Positions 1-9,782 of a DNA stretch of 64,000 nucleotides are shown here, piece after piece. The DNA is taken from NCBI GenBank assembly GCA_965246715.1, contig CBDFFH010000051.1, positions 64,001 to 128,000 of the forward strand, read 5' to 3'. The notes under the pieces were generated by a model that made no database searches, had not been told where the DNA came from, and was given only the letters and a program-made list of their open reading frames with translations. Within the stretch, counting starts at the first letter, position 1; every line of letters begins with the position of its first letter. A program made the position numbers and the translations under genes. This stretch comes from Chamaesiphon sp. (GTDB taxonomy: Bacteria > Cyanobacteriota > Cyanobacteriia > Cyanobacteriales > Chamaesiphonaceae).

Positions 1-3000
1 TCGCTGCTTGCGATCGCTTGGTGGCAAAGTTTTTAATCGATTGAGCTTCATCTAAAACGATCGTTTGCCACTGAATTTTGGCTAACATTTCGCCCACATC
101 TTCCTGTTGCAATAGTCCGTAACTGCACACCACGAGATCGAACGGTTGGAGGTTGTCTAAAATAGCTTGACGATCGCCTGTACCAAATTGAATCGGATTT
201 AGGGTTGGCGCAAAGCGTTCGGCTTCAGCGATCCAATTCATACACACGGATGTCGGCGCGATAATTAATGTCGCACCAGCCGCAGCACGGGTGAGAATCA
301 GAGCGAGGGATTGGACGGTTTTGCCTAATCCCATATCATCTGCCAGACATGCGCCTACACCCCAATGTGCGAGCCGCGCCAACCAGCGAAAACCCTCGAC
401 TTGGTAATCCCGCAATTCGGCTTGCAATGTTGACGGTAATTCGGGTTGAAAACTCTCTACCTCACGCAACTTTTTGATATGCGCTTGCCAATGTTTGTCG
501 GTTTTGAGTTGCTCCACATCATCGAGCCAATCTTCCATCGTCAGCGCGGCGAGGGGGTGAATGCGGAAACCTTTGCCATGTCGTTCGGATACCCCACGCA
601 ACTCATTCAACCGCTGCCGAAATTCTTCGGTGAGGGCGAGAAATTGACCGTCGCCCAGGGGGACAAAGCGACTGGGAGATCGATCGAGTAGTGCCAGCAA
701 TTGTTGTAATTCCACCACCCGATCTTCATCTACCTGTACCGAGCCAGTCGTAGCAAACCAATCATTTTCCCGCTGAATCCGCAGCTGAAAATCTGCCAAA
801 CCAGCCTGCCGACTGACGCGCATCTTCTCGCCTTCAGGCCATTCAACCATGGCAACATCATCGAGACCTTGCAACTCTACTAATAATTCTAAGCAATCTT
901 CCGCCTCCTCAATCAGCCACTCGCCTTTATGTTCCTCCGTCCGCTCCAATGTCGGACAAGCGGAAATAATTGCATTCGCCAACCGCTTCTCTGCCACCAA
1001 ATCGCGGGTAGTCTGGAGCCGTTGGCCGTCAACTTCGGCAATAATCGTTTTCCCACCTACCCCAGGGCTATAATATGGCCCTGTGGGAGCGAATGGGCGC
1101 GATAGCACGGCAACTTTCAATCCCGAGCCATGCGGTAACAACTGAACGTGGGGTTGCGGATCGCTGGGTACTTCCTCGATATTCGCCGCACCGCCACCGA
1201 TATCGGAATGAACGTTAACGATGTTGGAAATGCTACTAATCGCGGCTAGAACGCGATCCTTGGCAGCCATCGGTACTTCTAAGCGATTCTGTTTGCCCAA
1301 AATTTCGGCAATCCGGCGATGTTCTTCATTAATAAAAATTGCTTTAAGTCGAGTCGGACTCTCCTTTTGCACCATGACATTTTTACCAATCGCGAGTTCG
1401 GGTGACAGTGCCAGCACGATGCGCTTATCTTTAATAGTTTCGATCGTTAATTCTGGCTCGCCCGCAACTACTTCAATTCTAGAAACTGGATTGTCTTCCC
1501 AAAATACTAAGGGGTGTCCGATTAGTGCCACGATCGCTTTCTCATTAAACCGATAATCGGCAGAACCCCAGCCACCAATATTGTAGCTTTCGATATGACC
1601 GCAGATCTTAAGATCCTGTGGCGTTAAATAATCTAAGGCGATTGCCCCACGCAATCTTTTGAGCGCAACATTTCGCCCCTTACTCCATTCACCTTTGGCA
1701 TTGCGACTCTGCTCGCGGGGTTGGATCAGATAGCTGGTATTGCCATACATTGTTATCGCCCATGCTAATCGCCGATCTTTAGCAACCGGATCGGCAGTAA
1801 CGGGTACATTTTTTTGGTGGAGATTAGTTAACGCAGTCAAGCATAATTCCCACTGTTCTTGTGGTTGAATTAATGTTGCCAGATTCGTAATTCCAATTTG
1901 TTTTTGTAGTGATATCGATTGTTTTTGATAATAACTCTGAAATTTCTTGCTCGGGTCTAATCGCGATAAGATTCCCGCCGCTTCCATTGCCAACCAGTGG
2001 TAACCAGCCGCACTCGATCGATCGAAGAAGTTTTCGAGGATATCCGGCAATAGCTGACTGGGCGGTTTTTTATCGATCCAATGCATACACAAAGCACGGA
2101 TGATGATTTCAATACTATGTTGATTGGCAAAGGGGGTTGCCGTGAGAATCAGCTCGCGTCGATCGAGTTTGCCAGTTTGATACTCGATCGTCTGTTCGAG
2201 AATTTTATAAGTAGAACTCAGCCAAGATTGCGCCTGGATCGCTACTTTTACATGTTCCAAAGCTGTGCGGAGATCTGCATTTTCTCCCCGTCTCAGTAGT
2301 GCGAAGATATAAAATACACCACTCATCGAGGCGAAATAAAATTTGCGCTTGCCACTAGCTTTCTTGAAGCTAATTAGGGCAGTTTCATATTCAAATATCG
2401 CTGATTTATCGTCGCCACTGAGAAAGTAGTGCCAGCCCCAAAACGGGCTAAATCTGTCGCGCCAATCTAATGGTAATCCAGTGAGGATTTCCTTGACTTC
2501 TGCTACTTTACCGCGCAACAGCAATTGTTCCAGTAGTAGAGCATACATCGATTCTGCCCTCGGTTGGGCTTGGAGCTGTTGTGGCGCGATCTCCTGAAGG
2601 GTTTCAAATGCACCATTTGCTGGCAGAAGTTGTTCGATCGAATCTAAGAGAATTTCACCGACGATCGCCCCTGCTAATCCTAAATCTAGCGTCGCAAACC
2701 AATCGCGATCGAAAGGATTATTACAGATTTGCTGCCATAAAGTGCCGAGAGAGACAACATCGGCATAATGCTGATAACGAGCATAGTCGTCTAGCTGTTT
2801 TTGAATGAATTTTACATCATTGTTATATAGTCCCAATCGAACTTCCCGTACCAATTCGTTATAGTTACGGAAAATACTCACGCCGCTACTATATCGATCG
2901 AGTGGCAACAGTGTTGTTACCGCCTCGCTGAACACCGCAAATTGCCCATCCCGCACGGCATCGCGACTAGCAATTTCAGCGATTAGCGATTGGATCTGCA

Positions 3001-3259
3001 AGCTATGTTTGCCATTGGCTACTAATAAATCGCTCCCAATTAAACGATCGAGATAAGGCTTGAGTGTTGAGACATTCAACGACTTACTCCCACACAATTT
3101 TGTATGTTCTAGACAAGCCAATATTTGTGTTCTACTAACTGGGCGATAAATTACCGACATCAATTGCACGATCGCTCGATCGAGTTCGGGTAAACTCTGG
3201 TAGCTAACCACTAGTCGATCTCGTCGGTCTTTGATGTTCGTGTAATTATCATTCATCAT
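1..3259 (-). CDS. SNF2-family DEAQ-box helicase/ATPase with long N-terminal region; 3' end lies outside the window (>1080 aa)
   Basis: Absent from the ORF track because it has no stop in the window. Manual translation gives motif I GACLADDMGLGKTVQ (~310-357) and motif II IVLDEAQSIKN (~30-62), in the same frame as ATG 3259 (MMNDNYTNIKDRR...). Not every intervening codon was checked. Confidence 0.88.
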   Translation of the reverse strand, partial: MMNDNYTNIKDRRDRLVVSYQSLPELDRAIVQLMSVIYRPVSRTQILACLEHTKLCGSKSLNVSTLKPYLDRLIGSDLLVANGKHSLQIQSLIAEIASRDAVRDGQFAVFSEAVTTLLPLDRYSSGVSIFRNYNELVREVRLGLYNNDVKFIQKQLDDYARYQHYADVVSLGTLWQQICNNPFDRDWFATLDLGLAGAIVGEILLDSIEQLLPANGAFETLQEIAPQQLQAQPRAESMYALLLEQLLLRGKVAEVKEILTGLPLDWRDRFSPFWGWHYFLSGDDKSAIFEYETALISFKKASGKRKFYFASMSGVFYIFALLRRGENADLRTALEHVKVAIQAQSWLSSTYKILEQTIEYQTGKLDRRELILTATPFANQHSIEIIIRALCMHWIDKKPPSQLLPDILENFFDRSSAAGYHWLAMEAAGILSRLDPSKKFQSYYQKQSISLQKQIGITNLATLIQPQEQWELCLTALTNLHQKNVPVTADPVAKDRRLAWAITMYGNTSYLIQPREQSRNAKGEWSKGRNVALKRLRGAIALDYLTPQDLKICGHIESYNIGGWGSADYRFNEKAIVALIGHPLVFWEDNPVSRIEVVAGEPELTIETIKDKRIVLALSPELAIGKNVMVQKESPTRLKAIFINEEHRRIAEILGKQNRLEVPMAAKDRVLAAISSISNIVNVHSDIGGGAANIEEVPSDPQPHVQLLPHGSGLKVAVLSRPFAPTGPYYSPGVGGKTIIAEVDGQRLQTTRDLVAEKRLANAIISACPTLERTEEHKGEWLIEEAEDCLELLVELQGLDDVAMVEWPEGEKMRVSRQAGLADFQLRIQRENDWFATTGSVQVDEDRVVELQQLLALLDRSPSRFVPLGDGQFLALTEEFRQRLNELRGVSERHGKGFRIHPLAALTMEDWLDDVEQLKTDKHWQAHIKKLREVESFQPELPSTLQAELRDYQVEGFRWLARLAHWGVGACLADDMGLGKTVQSLALILTRAAAGATLIIAPTSVCMNWIAEAERFAPTLNPIQFGTGDRQAILDNLQPFDLVVCSYGLLQQEDVGEMLAKIQWQTIVLDEAQSIKNFATKRSQAA

Positions 3260-3476
3260 CTATGTCAGCCACATACAATCTCTGACGGGTGTTCGAGTAT
3301 ATTTCAGTCTAGCCCAGATTATAACTACCGACAGGAAGATTATCCCGATGAGTCAATTATCCTCTAAGGCACGCTGTTACTTTTTTAAGACTGGTATTGA
3401 GAATCTTCTCGCCAACAACTAAAATTCTGCCATGTCAAAAAATAATCCAAACCAGCAGTAGTAATGATGTGCATAA

Positions 3477-4187
3477 CTATAATTGAGTCTGACTCGGAAT
3501 GATAATCAGTGAAAAATAGGGGACATTGCGCGGATCGACATCCTCGATCGGCACGATCCGCTCATCGACACCAGTGGCGCGTTCGATATACTTGGCGCGA
3601 TCTAACAGATCTAAATTACTCAATACCTGGCGCACCTTATCGAAATGACGACGCAGTTTGATAATGGCGATCGCATCGGCATTCAGTAATTGGGCTGTCA
3701 ATGCCTCTGTGGACAAAGTTGCTGAAATAACACTAAAAACGTCATTTTGATAGCAGATCGGCGTGCCGATCGCCGCTGCCGCTGCCATTGGCGAACAAAT
3801 CCCCGGCACGATTTCGGTGATAAAGCGATCGGCTAACCGCGTAAACAGGTACATAAACGAGCCATAAAATAACGGATCGCCGACACATAAGACCACGACA
3901 TCTCTACCCGCAGCTAAATGTGCCGAGATTGGTGCGATCGCTTCTGTATATAGATTTTCTGCCGCCACCGGATCGAGCGCGCGAGGAAAATGGAAACACA
4001 CCTCGATTTGTTTGCCTGTCAAGTAAGGTGAAACGATCGATCTGGCGACGCTCTCCCGATCGGTTGCCGATTGGTACGCCACGACTGGAGCCGCTTGTAA
4101 TAATCGCAATGCCTTGATCGTCAATAACTCCGGGTCGCCAGGCCCGACCCCAATTCCATACAATCTTCCTGTCTGAATCGCGACCAT
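3477..4187 (-). CDS. cobI: Precorrin-2 C20-methyltransferase
   Basis: LYGIGVGPGDPELLT, GDPLFYGSF and VPYFSLI motifs; TAATG overlap with cobH. Confidence 0.92.
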   Translation of the reverse strand: MVAIQTGRLYGIGVGPGDPELLTIKALRLLQAAPVVAYQSATDRESVARSIVSPYLTGKQIEVCFHFPRALDPVAAENLYTEAIAPISAHLAAGRDVVVLCVGDPLFYGSFMYLFTRLADRFITEIVPGICSPMAAAAAIGTPICYQNDVFSVISATLSTEALTAQLLNADAIAIIKLRRHFDKVRQVLSNLDLLDRAKYIERATGVDERIVPIEDVDPRNVPYFSLIIIPSQTQL

Positions 4188-4843
4188 TATTCTTGCTCCA
4201 TTGCGAGTGCATTTACCGCAGCAGCAGCCATCGCACTGCCGCCCCGTCTACCATGAATCGTCAAAAATGGAATACCGCGACTGTCAGCCGCCAGCGCCGC
4301 TTTCGATTCTACCGCACCGACAAAACCGACGGGAAAGCCGAGGATCAGTGCGGGTTTTGGTGCCCCTTCATCCAACATTTCTAAGAGTCGAAATAATGCC
4401 GTCGGGGCATTCCCGATCGCGACTACCGCTCCAGCCAAATGTGGCAGCCAGAGTTCTAAAGCTGCTGCCGAGCGCGTATTCTCTAGTTGTGCGGCTAATT
4501 CTGGTACCCGCAGATCTGGCAACGTACAAATAACACGATTATCCGCAGGCAAGCGTTTGCGCGTGACCCCATCCGCCACCATCCGCGCATCACACAAAAT
4601 CGTTGCCCCTGCTGCTAACGCTCGCCGCCCAACCCGCACGGCATCGATCGAGTAATCTAGGTCAGTGACGATATCGGTCATCCCGCAGGCATGGATCAAC
4701 CTCACGGCAACCGGATCGAAATCGGCGGGCAAACAGTCTAATTTGGCCTCAGCCCGAATTGTCGCAAATGACTGACGATAAATTTCCGCCCCGTCCCGAA
4801 TATAGTCGAGCGGCTGGCGGATTTTCGAAGAATTAAATAACAT
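4187..4843 (-). CDS. cobH: Precorrin-8X methylmutase
   Basis: IYRQSFATIRAEA, RLIHACG, IGNAPTAL, GFPVGFVGA, GRRGGS motifs. Confidence 0.95.
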   Translation of the reverse strand: MLFNSSKIRQPLDYIRDGAEIYRQSFATIRAEAKLDCLPADFDPVAVRLIHACGMTDIVTDLDYSIDAVRVGRRALAAGATILCDARMVADGVTRKRLPADNRVICTLPDLRVPELAAQLENTRSAAALELWLPHLAGAVVAIGNAPTALFRLLEMLDEGAPKPALILGFPVGFVGAVESKAALAADSRGIPFLTIHGRRGGSAMAAAAVNALAMEQE

Positions 4844-6284
4844 GAAATACTTGCTGCAATTGAGCTAGAGATTGACGATTGGTAAACGCGCGAAAAGATT
4901 CTTCGGGACTAACCCGTCGCTCTTGATAAGCCCGAATCAATCGATCGATCGCCAACCGCACATCCTCGGGTGTTAAATAATCCCGTAGTTCCCGCCCAAA
5001 TTTATCGTCACCGCCCCCAACACAGAGCCGATACCCTGACTTTCGTTCTGCTGTTTGCGGACAGCCCCAGAGTGCGATATCTGCCTGATAATGTTGAGCG
5101 CAAGATTTATCGCACCCGCTGAAGTGGATATTCACCGATCGATCTAGGCTAAACTTTGACTCCAAATATTCGGACAACTCGATCGCATCCCGCTGAGTAT
5201 CTGTCGCCCCAAACTGACACCCGCTCGCACCCGCACAAGCCATCAATAGCCCATTAATATTATTTGCACTACCCAACCCTAGCAAGCCAATTAATTCCTG
5301 CACCTTGGCTACATCCTCATCTCGAATGTCCGATACGATCGCATTTTGCCACGGAGTCAATCGAATCGTCCCACTCCCATATTCACGGGCAATCTCCGAT
5401 AACTGCTGCAATTGCCACGAATTGAGCCTGCCCAACGGCAAAACTCCCCCCACATAACTCAATCCAGCCTGCTTCTGCTGCCATACTCCCAGATGGGTAC
5501 AAGCCCGATCGGTAGGATGTTCGCTGCTTTCAGGTGCGATCGTTGCACTCCAGCGACTTATGCTAGCTGCTTTCCATTCTGTTTCTACAACTCGCTGAAA
5601 CCGCTCTAAACCCCAAGCTTCAATCACAGCTCGCAAGCGCGGCTTCCGTCGCTCATCCCCGCCCAATTCCTCAATTCCCCGCCGATAGCTAGATGCGATC
5701 GCCCCTAACATGGGTATACACTCATCCACGCCCAACCGTACCCCAACACTCACAGGTGCCTCACCCCGCATCCCCATCGCTAGATGTAATAAAAATTCAC
5801 TGTCGGAAACAGCTAATAACGTAATATCGTTGGGTCGATCGAGAATACTCACACTCCCGCCACCATCGAAACCCACACTAAACTTATTCGACAACATCCC
5901 CAACTCGGGACTCGTGATTAAATATTCATTCCAAGCCGCCACCAACGAACGTACATCGATTAGCTCCGTCGGATCGATACCGGAGATCGGGCTTGCCATA
6001 ATATTCCGAATCCCATCCACCGCTTTATTTGCGGTAACCAATCCCTCGGCGATTAGTGTTTGCAAATCCCAAGGTGCGATCTCTCCCTCCAGTCCCCGAA
6101 TCTGCAAATTAGCACGATTGGTAACTTGAAAATAATTCACGCCAGTAGCTTCTAATAGCGACGCAGCAGCCAAACACTGCCCTCCCATCAAAATTCCCCC
6201 AGGAATTCGCAGTCGAGTTAATAGTCCATCGCGGGCAACCGCTGGATGATAGATATCTGGACAGATCGATCGATTGGCAGACAC
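4833..6284 (-). CDS. cobG: Precorrin-3B synthase (nitrite/sulfite reductase-like Fe-S protein)
   Basis: ARDGLLTRLRIPGG, TNRANLQIRG, IRLTPWQ, CAGASGC and HFSGCDKSCA motifs; directly upstream of cobH. Confidence 0.88.
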   Translation of the reverse strand: MSANRSICPDIYHPAVARDGLLTRLRIPGGILMGGQCLAAASLLEATGVNYFQVTNRANLQIRGLEGEIAPWDLQTLIAEGLVTANKAVDGIRNIMASPISGIDPTELIDVRSLVAAWNEYLITSPELGMLSNKFSVGFDGGGSVSILDRPNDITLLAVSDSEFLLHLAMGMRGEAPVSVGVRLGVDECIPMLGAIASSYRRGIEELGGDERRKPRLRAVIEAWGLERFQRVVETEWKAASISRWSATIAPESSEHPTDRACTHLGVWQQKQAGLSYVGGVLPLGRLNSWQLQQLSEIAREYGSGTIRLTPWQNAIVSDIRDEDVAKVQELIGLLGLGSANNINGLLMACAGASGCQFGATDTQRDAIELSEYLESKFSLDRSVNIHFSGCDKSCAQHYQADIALWGCPQTAERKSGYRLCVGGGDDKFGRELRDYLTPEDVRLAIDRLIRAYQERRVSPEESFRAFTNRQSLAQLQQVFHVI

Positions 6285-6349
6285 TTAATTCTAACTCCCT
6301 CCTCATGCAACGCAAGGAATAGGTGAATGTGAGTACCACCTGGGTACAC

Positions 6350-6450
6350 TCTAGATACGGTGTTCTGACTCGAAGCGCGTCTTCGCTCCATCACAGTTGC
6401 GGCACAGCCCTGGATTTGCACCAGACTTTCCCGATCCCAAGCTAGACTAA
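6350..6450 (-). promoter_or_regulatory. Cobalamin riboswitch in the cobG leader
   Basis: Minus strand reads GGGAAAGTCTGGTGCAAATCCAGGGCTGTGCCGCAACTGTGA...AGTCAGAACACC, matching the B12-element core and B12 box; boundaries approximate. Confidence 0.85.
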
Positions 6451-6657
6451 TCTAACATGAGATGGTGACTAGTTACATTGCGGTCGATCCAGAAGCCGAA
6501 AATCGGAACAATCCCCAAATCCCGCCCGTCAAGAACATCACATCCCACCTAATGGCAGACAGTTCGGAAACCTAATATAAGCTATCCCAACCAAAATAGT
6601 GGAATTCAGGCTAAGATTGCCTTTAGTGTGAGTAAGTATAAATAACTATTCAAAGCC

Positions 6658-6843
6658 ATGTCTTCCAGTTTCCTAACCCTCGATCGTCCGGTTAAATCTG
6701 CTACTTCAGAGCGCGATCGACAAATTGCCAAGTTGACTAGAGCGATGTATCCAGCCGATCGACAGGAGAAGTTTCTCGAACTTCAAGCTGAAGTCGATAC
6801 GCTACTATCCCAGCTCCAAAGCTTACAACAAGTTCGTAAATAA
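6658..6843 (+). CDS. Small hypothetical coiled-coil protein
   Basis: 61-aa ATG ORF with helical C-terminus (FLELQAEVDTLLSQLQ), followed by a hairpin. Confidence 0.7.
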   Translation: MSSSFLTLDRPVKSATSERDRQIAKLTRAMYPADRQEKFLELQAEVDTLLSQLQSLQQVRK

Positions 6844-6919
6844 GATCTTTTTTCGGTTGCCAGCGCTTTTCGATCGATGCAGCAAAATCTTTTGTTGCTA
6901 CTTAACCTTGAATTTAAAG

Positions 6920-6954
6920 CAATGGGGGTGTCAGTCTTTGGCATCCCCATTGTT
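6920..6954. terminator. Hairpin between convergent genes
   Basis: CAATGGGGGTGTCA-gtct-TTGGCATCCCCATTG inverted repeat. Confidence 0.55.
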
Positions 6955-7036
6955 ATGAACTTGCTTCTGCATACTCGATCGCCAAGTTAGAGATGGGAGC
7001 ATCCCATCATTGCTAGTTACTCACAGTAGATTTGAC

Positions 7037-8026
7037 TTATCTCACTCCGCGCGTTGGCAGTGAATAAATAGACACCAGTGATTGGATCAAGCCATTTGCT
7101 GCTTTACCGTACTCCTCAACCTCTATGAGTTGCTCGACCGCATAGGTCATACTTTCTTCGAGATCGTGAATCGTCGCGTAGGTTTTGAGCACCTCTAGGA
7201 GCAGATCGTCAAGATGGTATTCGCGGATAGTTGCGGCTGATTGATTTCCAAAGTTGACATTTGGATACAACATCACCAACAAAATCATTTTTGCCCGTAA
7301 AGGGTTGGTATAGCTCATCACGTTCTGGCGCAAGACGAACGGATCGTAGTCTGGCACATCCGGCCGTTCTAAGGGCAGCTCGTCTGGCATCTGCGCGTCA
7401 TAATAAGTTTCGTAAGCAGATTCATCTACCTCATCAGCAGTGGCTTCTTGCTCGAATTGTTGGGTGGGTGCAGGTGTGTACGCACGCTGAAATGCTGATG
7501 CTACCTCTCTATCGACGCTTTGTGTGGCCTGGGTAGGTGCCGGAGCATATGCCCGTTCGATCGCCACGGGAATGCCGCCATTGTAGGCTTGTGTAGGTGC
7601 GGGAGTGTAAGCCCGTTGGATCGATGAAGGAATCCCTCCATCGACATGCGATTCAGTTGGCTCAGGAATTGGCGCTGGAGCGACTGACTGTTGTACTACA
7701 GATTTAGCACCATGTTCTTGTTGAAATTCTGGATACAGTTGGCCGATCGCCAGATAAATTACTTTAGCAATTTCGATATACTGCTTGGGCTTATTGACGG
7801 TTTTGACTAAATTTTGTAATAAAGTTCTAAATCGATCGAGTGTTACTTGTTCTCTAACAATCTGCTCGATCAAAAATTGGGTATTAACCGAATTCAAATA
7901 ATCGATATCTTTCTCCCATCTACCTGTACCTAGACAGTACAGCATTTTTTTGATGCGTATAGCCTCGCGATGTCTATCTAGGTAGTTAACGACTTGTTGA
8001 AGTAAGTTGGCGTCATTAATCCTCAT
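7037..8026 (-). CDS. Hypothetical protein with a central linker of three RAY(T/A)PAPTQ repeats
   Basis: 329-aa ORF; repeats visible in translation. Confidence 0.8.
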   Translation of the reverse strand: MRINDANLLQQVVNYLDRHREAIRIKKMLYCLGTGRWEKDIDYLNSVNTQFLIEQIVREQVTLDRFRTLLQNLVKTVNKPKQYIEIAKVIYLAIGQLYPEFQQEHGAKSVVQQSVAPAPIPEPTESHVDGGIPSSIQRAYTPAPTQAYNGGIPVAIERAYAPAPTQATQSVDREVASAFQRAYTPAPTQQFEQEATADEVDESAYETYYDAQMPDELPLERPDVPDYDPFVLRQNVMSYTNPLRAKMILLVMLYPNVNFGNQSAATIREYHLDDLLLEVLKTYATIHDLEESMTYAVEQLIEVEEYGKAANGLIQSLVSIYSLPTRGVR

Positions 8027-8469
8027 GAAGTTAACCAGCTTTTATCTAAATTTTAGTTATCTGAAACTGCAAATATGTTCGTTAGGTTGGAAAATACCGA
8101 AGAACTTCACAGTTGATGCAAGTGATGCCGGAATTTTAGCGAACGATCGCTCGATCTCGATTCTCGAAGCTACAACAGCTAGCGACGCTCCATAGCTAGC
8201 CTATGTTCGATTCGATCGCAACCTTTGCTGGGTTGTGTTGAGAAATTTTTAGATCTCAACTGTTCATATTGTTCCCTGCTTGCACGCATCGCTAACTATA
8301 AATTGGATCGAGCGCTCGAATTAGATCCGATGGAAATTTTCAAATAAGTAGCGGGGGAGTTAGTTAGGGAAGTGGCCAGTAAATAGAATGCGGTACTTTA
8401 TCGATTGCTAAACAACTCGATCGGTTGGGGATGATGCTCGGGCGCGGTATCTATATTTATTTTCTGGTT

Positions 8470-8505
8470 GCGAATGCGCGTAATCGATCGATTACGCGCA
8501 TTCGC
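8470..8505. repeat. Perfect 36-bp palindrome centred on CGATCG
   Basis: GCGAATGCGCGTAATCGA|TCGATTACGCGCATTCGC. Confidence 0.9.
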
Positions 8506-8517
8506 GCTGGCAGATCG

Positions 8518-9036
8518 TCACGTCTTAATCCGATCGACTTTATCTAAATTAGCACGATCGATCCGAATATTTAATTCACCGTCTTCGCCACCACCGAGCG
8601 AGCGGCTAACTTCTCCGAGTACTAACGGCTCGGACACGCCAGGACGCGGATGGAGCACCGTCCGCGCACGGATCTTGAGTTGGCGGTCTACAGCGCCAGA
8701 GCGACCGTAAGAATACAAATCGGCTGCGGCTTGGCGAAGCGTAGCATCCAATCCAGTTTCACTAATTGGCGGCGCGACTGCGATGGTGGCGCGATCGCTA
8801 CCGTTATCATAAATCAAGGAATAATGTTTTGCGCCAGGGATATTACTGTGGACGATCGGCACCAGACTCAAGCCAAATAAGCCAACAGTCAATACGCCCA
8901 TAAATCCGGTAGCACCCACCAATCGGTATTTAAATCCCCACTTTAAAACTAAAGCTAGAACCGTTAGTACCGCAAATACTAACGTTGCAATTGCCGACCA
9001 TTGGAAATATTTGAAGAATTCAGCAGTTGTAATCAT
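8518..9036 (-). CDS. ycf51: Ycf51 (DUF2518) family membrane protein
   Basis: KWGFKYRLVGATGF, YDNG, LRQAAADLYSYGR, RARTVLHPRPGVSEPL. Confidence 0.82.
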   Translation of the reverse strand: MITTAEFFKYFQWSAIATLVFAVLTVLALVLKWGFKYRLVGATGFMGVLTVGLFGLSLVPIVHSNIPGAKHYSLIYDNGSDRATIAVAPPISETGLDATLRQAAADLYSYGRSGAVDRQLKIRARTVLHPRPGVSEPLVLGEVSRSLGGGEDGELNIRIDRANLDKVDRIKT

Positions 9037-9158
9037 AGTTAGTAGCTAGTGTTCTAGTGGCTAGTGGCTAGTGGCTAGGATCGTCCTATTCCATTAGTAG
9101 CTAGTAGGGTGGACTGTGCCCACGATCTGAGTTCGAGCTGATATTTGTGATGTCTTCG

Positions 9159-9644
9159 CTAGAGCGCTCGTTCATCTTCATTGCTGATGAAGTCGGCAAT
9201 TTTGGCTTCGCCAGACATCTGGAGTGCGGCTTTGAGCGTATGCCAGCCAAGGTTGGCGCATTTGATGCGGACGGGAAATTGGGCTACTCCTTGCATCACA
9301 TTAAGTTTGCGCTGTTCTTTGGGAAATTCAGCAGTGCCTTTCATCATCCCTTGAAAAGTTTGGACTAGTTCCAAGGCTTCATCGATCGTTTTACCAACTA
9401 GAGCGCCAGACATCAGATCGACCGAAGCCATGGCAATCGCACAGCCTTCCCCTTCAAATTTGATATCGGCAATCCGCTCGCCGCTAGAGTCTAGTTGCAA
9501 TGTTAGTTCGATCGTGTCGCCACAAGAGGGATTGTGACCTTTTTGATAGCGATCGATCGGATTGGTTTTGCCGCGATGTTGGGGCTTTTTATAATGTTCG
9601 AGGATGACCTGTTGGTACAGATCGCGCAAATTAGTCGTACTCAT
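9159..9644 (-). CDS. sufU: SUF-system NifU/SufU-type Fe-S assembly protein
   Basis: LYQQVILEHYK, HNPSCGD, GEGCAIAMAS, PVRIKCA. Confidence 0.88.
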   Translation of the reverse strand: MSTTNLRDLYQQVILEHYKKPQHRGKTNPIDRYQKGHNPSCGDTIELTLQLDSSGERIADIKFEGEGCAIAMASVDLMSGALVGKTIDEALELVQTFQGMMKGTAEFPKEQRKLNVMQGVAQFPVRIKCANLGWHTLKAALQMSGEAKIADFISNEDERAL

Positions 9645-9717
9645 AACAATTCTAGACAGACCGCTCGATGACCAGATCTCTATTATCCTCGATCGGTACT
9701 TGACTAGCTAGTCGAAA

Positions 9718-9756
9718 GGGGAGCGCAGCTAGTTTGCTTGTCTAGCTACGCTCCCC
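9718..9756 (-). terminator. Intrinsic terminator-like hairpin after the wza-like gene
   Basis: GGGGAGCGTAGCTAG...CTAGCTGCGCTCCCC followed by TTT on the minus strand. Confidence 0.6.
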
Positions 9757-9782
9757 AATGTTCGATCCGCTCTTAGTCGCGC

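Noticed and set aside
446..2808. Short plus-strand ORFs in the ORF track
   Set aside because: Antisense shadows of the SNF2 helicase; the same applies to most short ORFs overlapping long genes elsewhere
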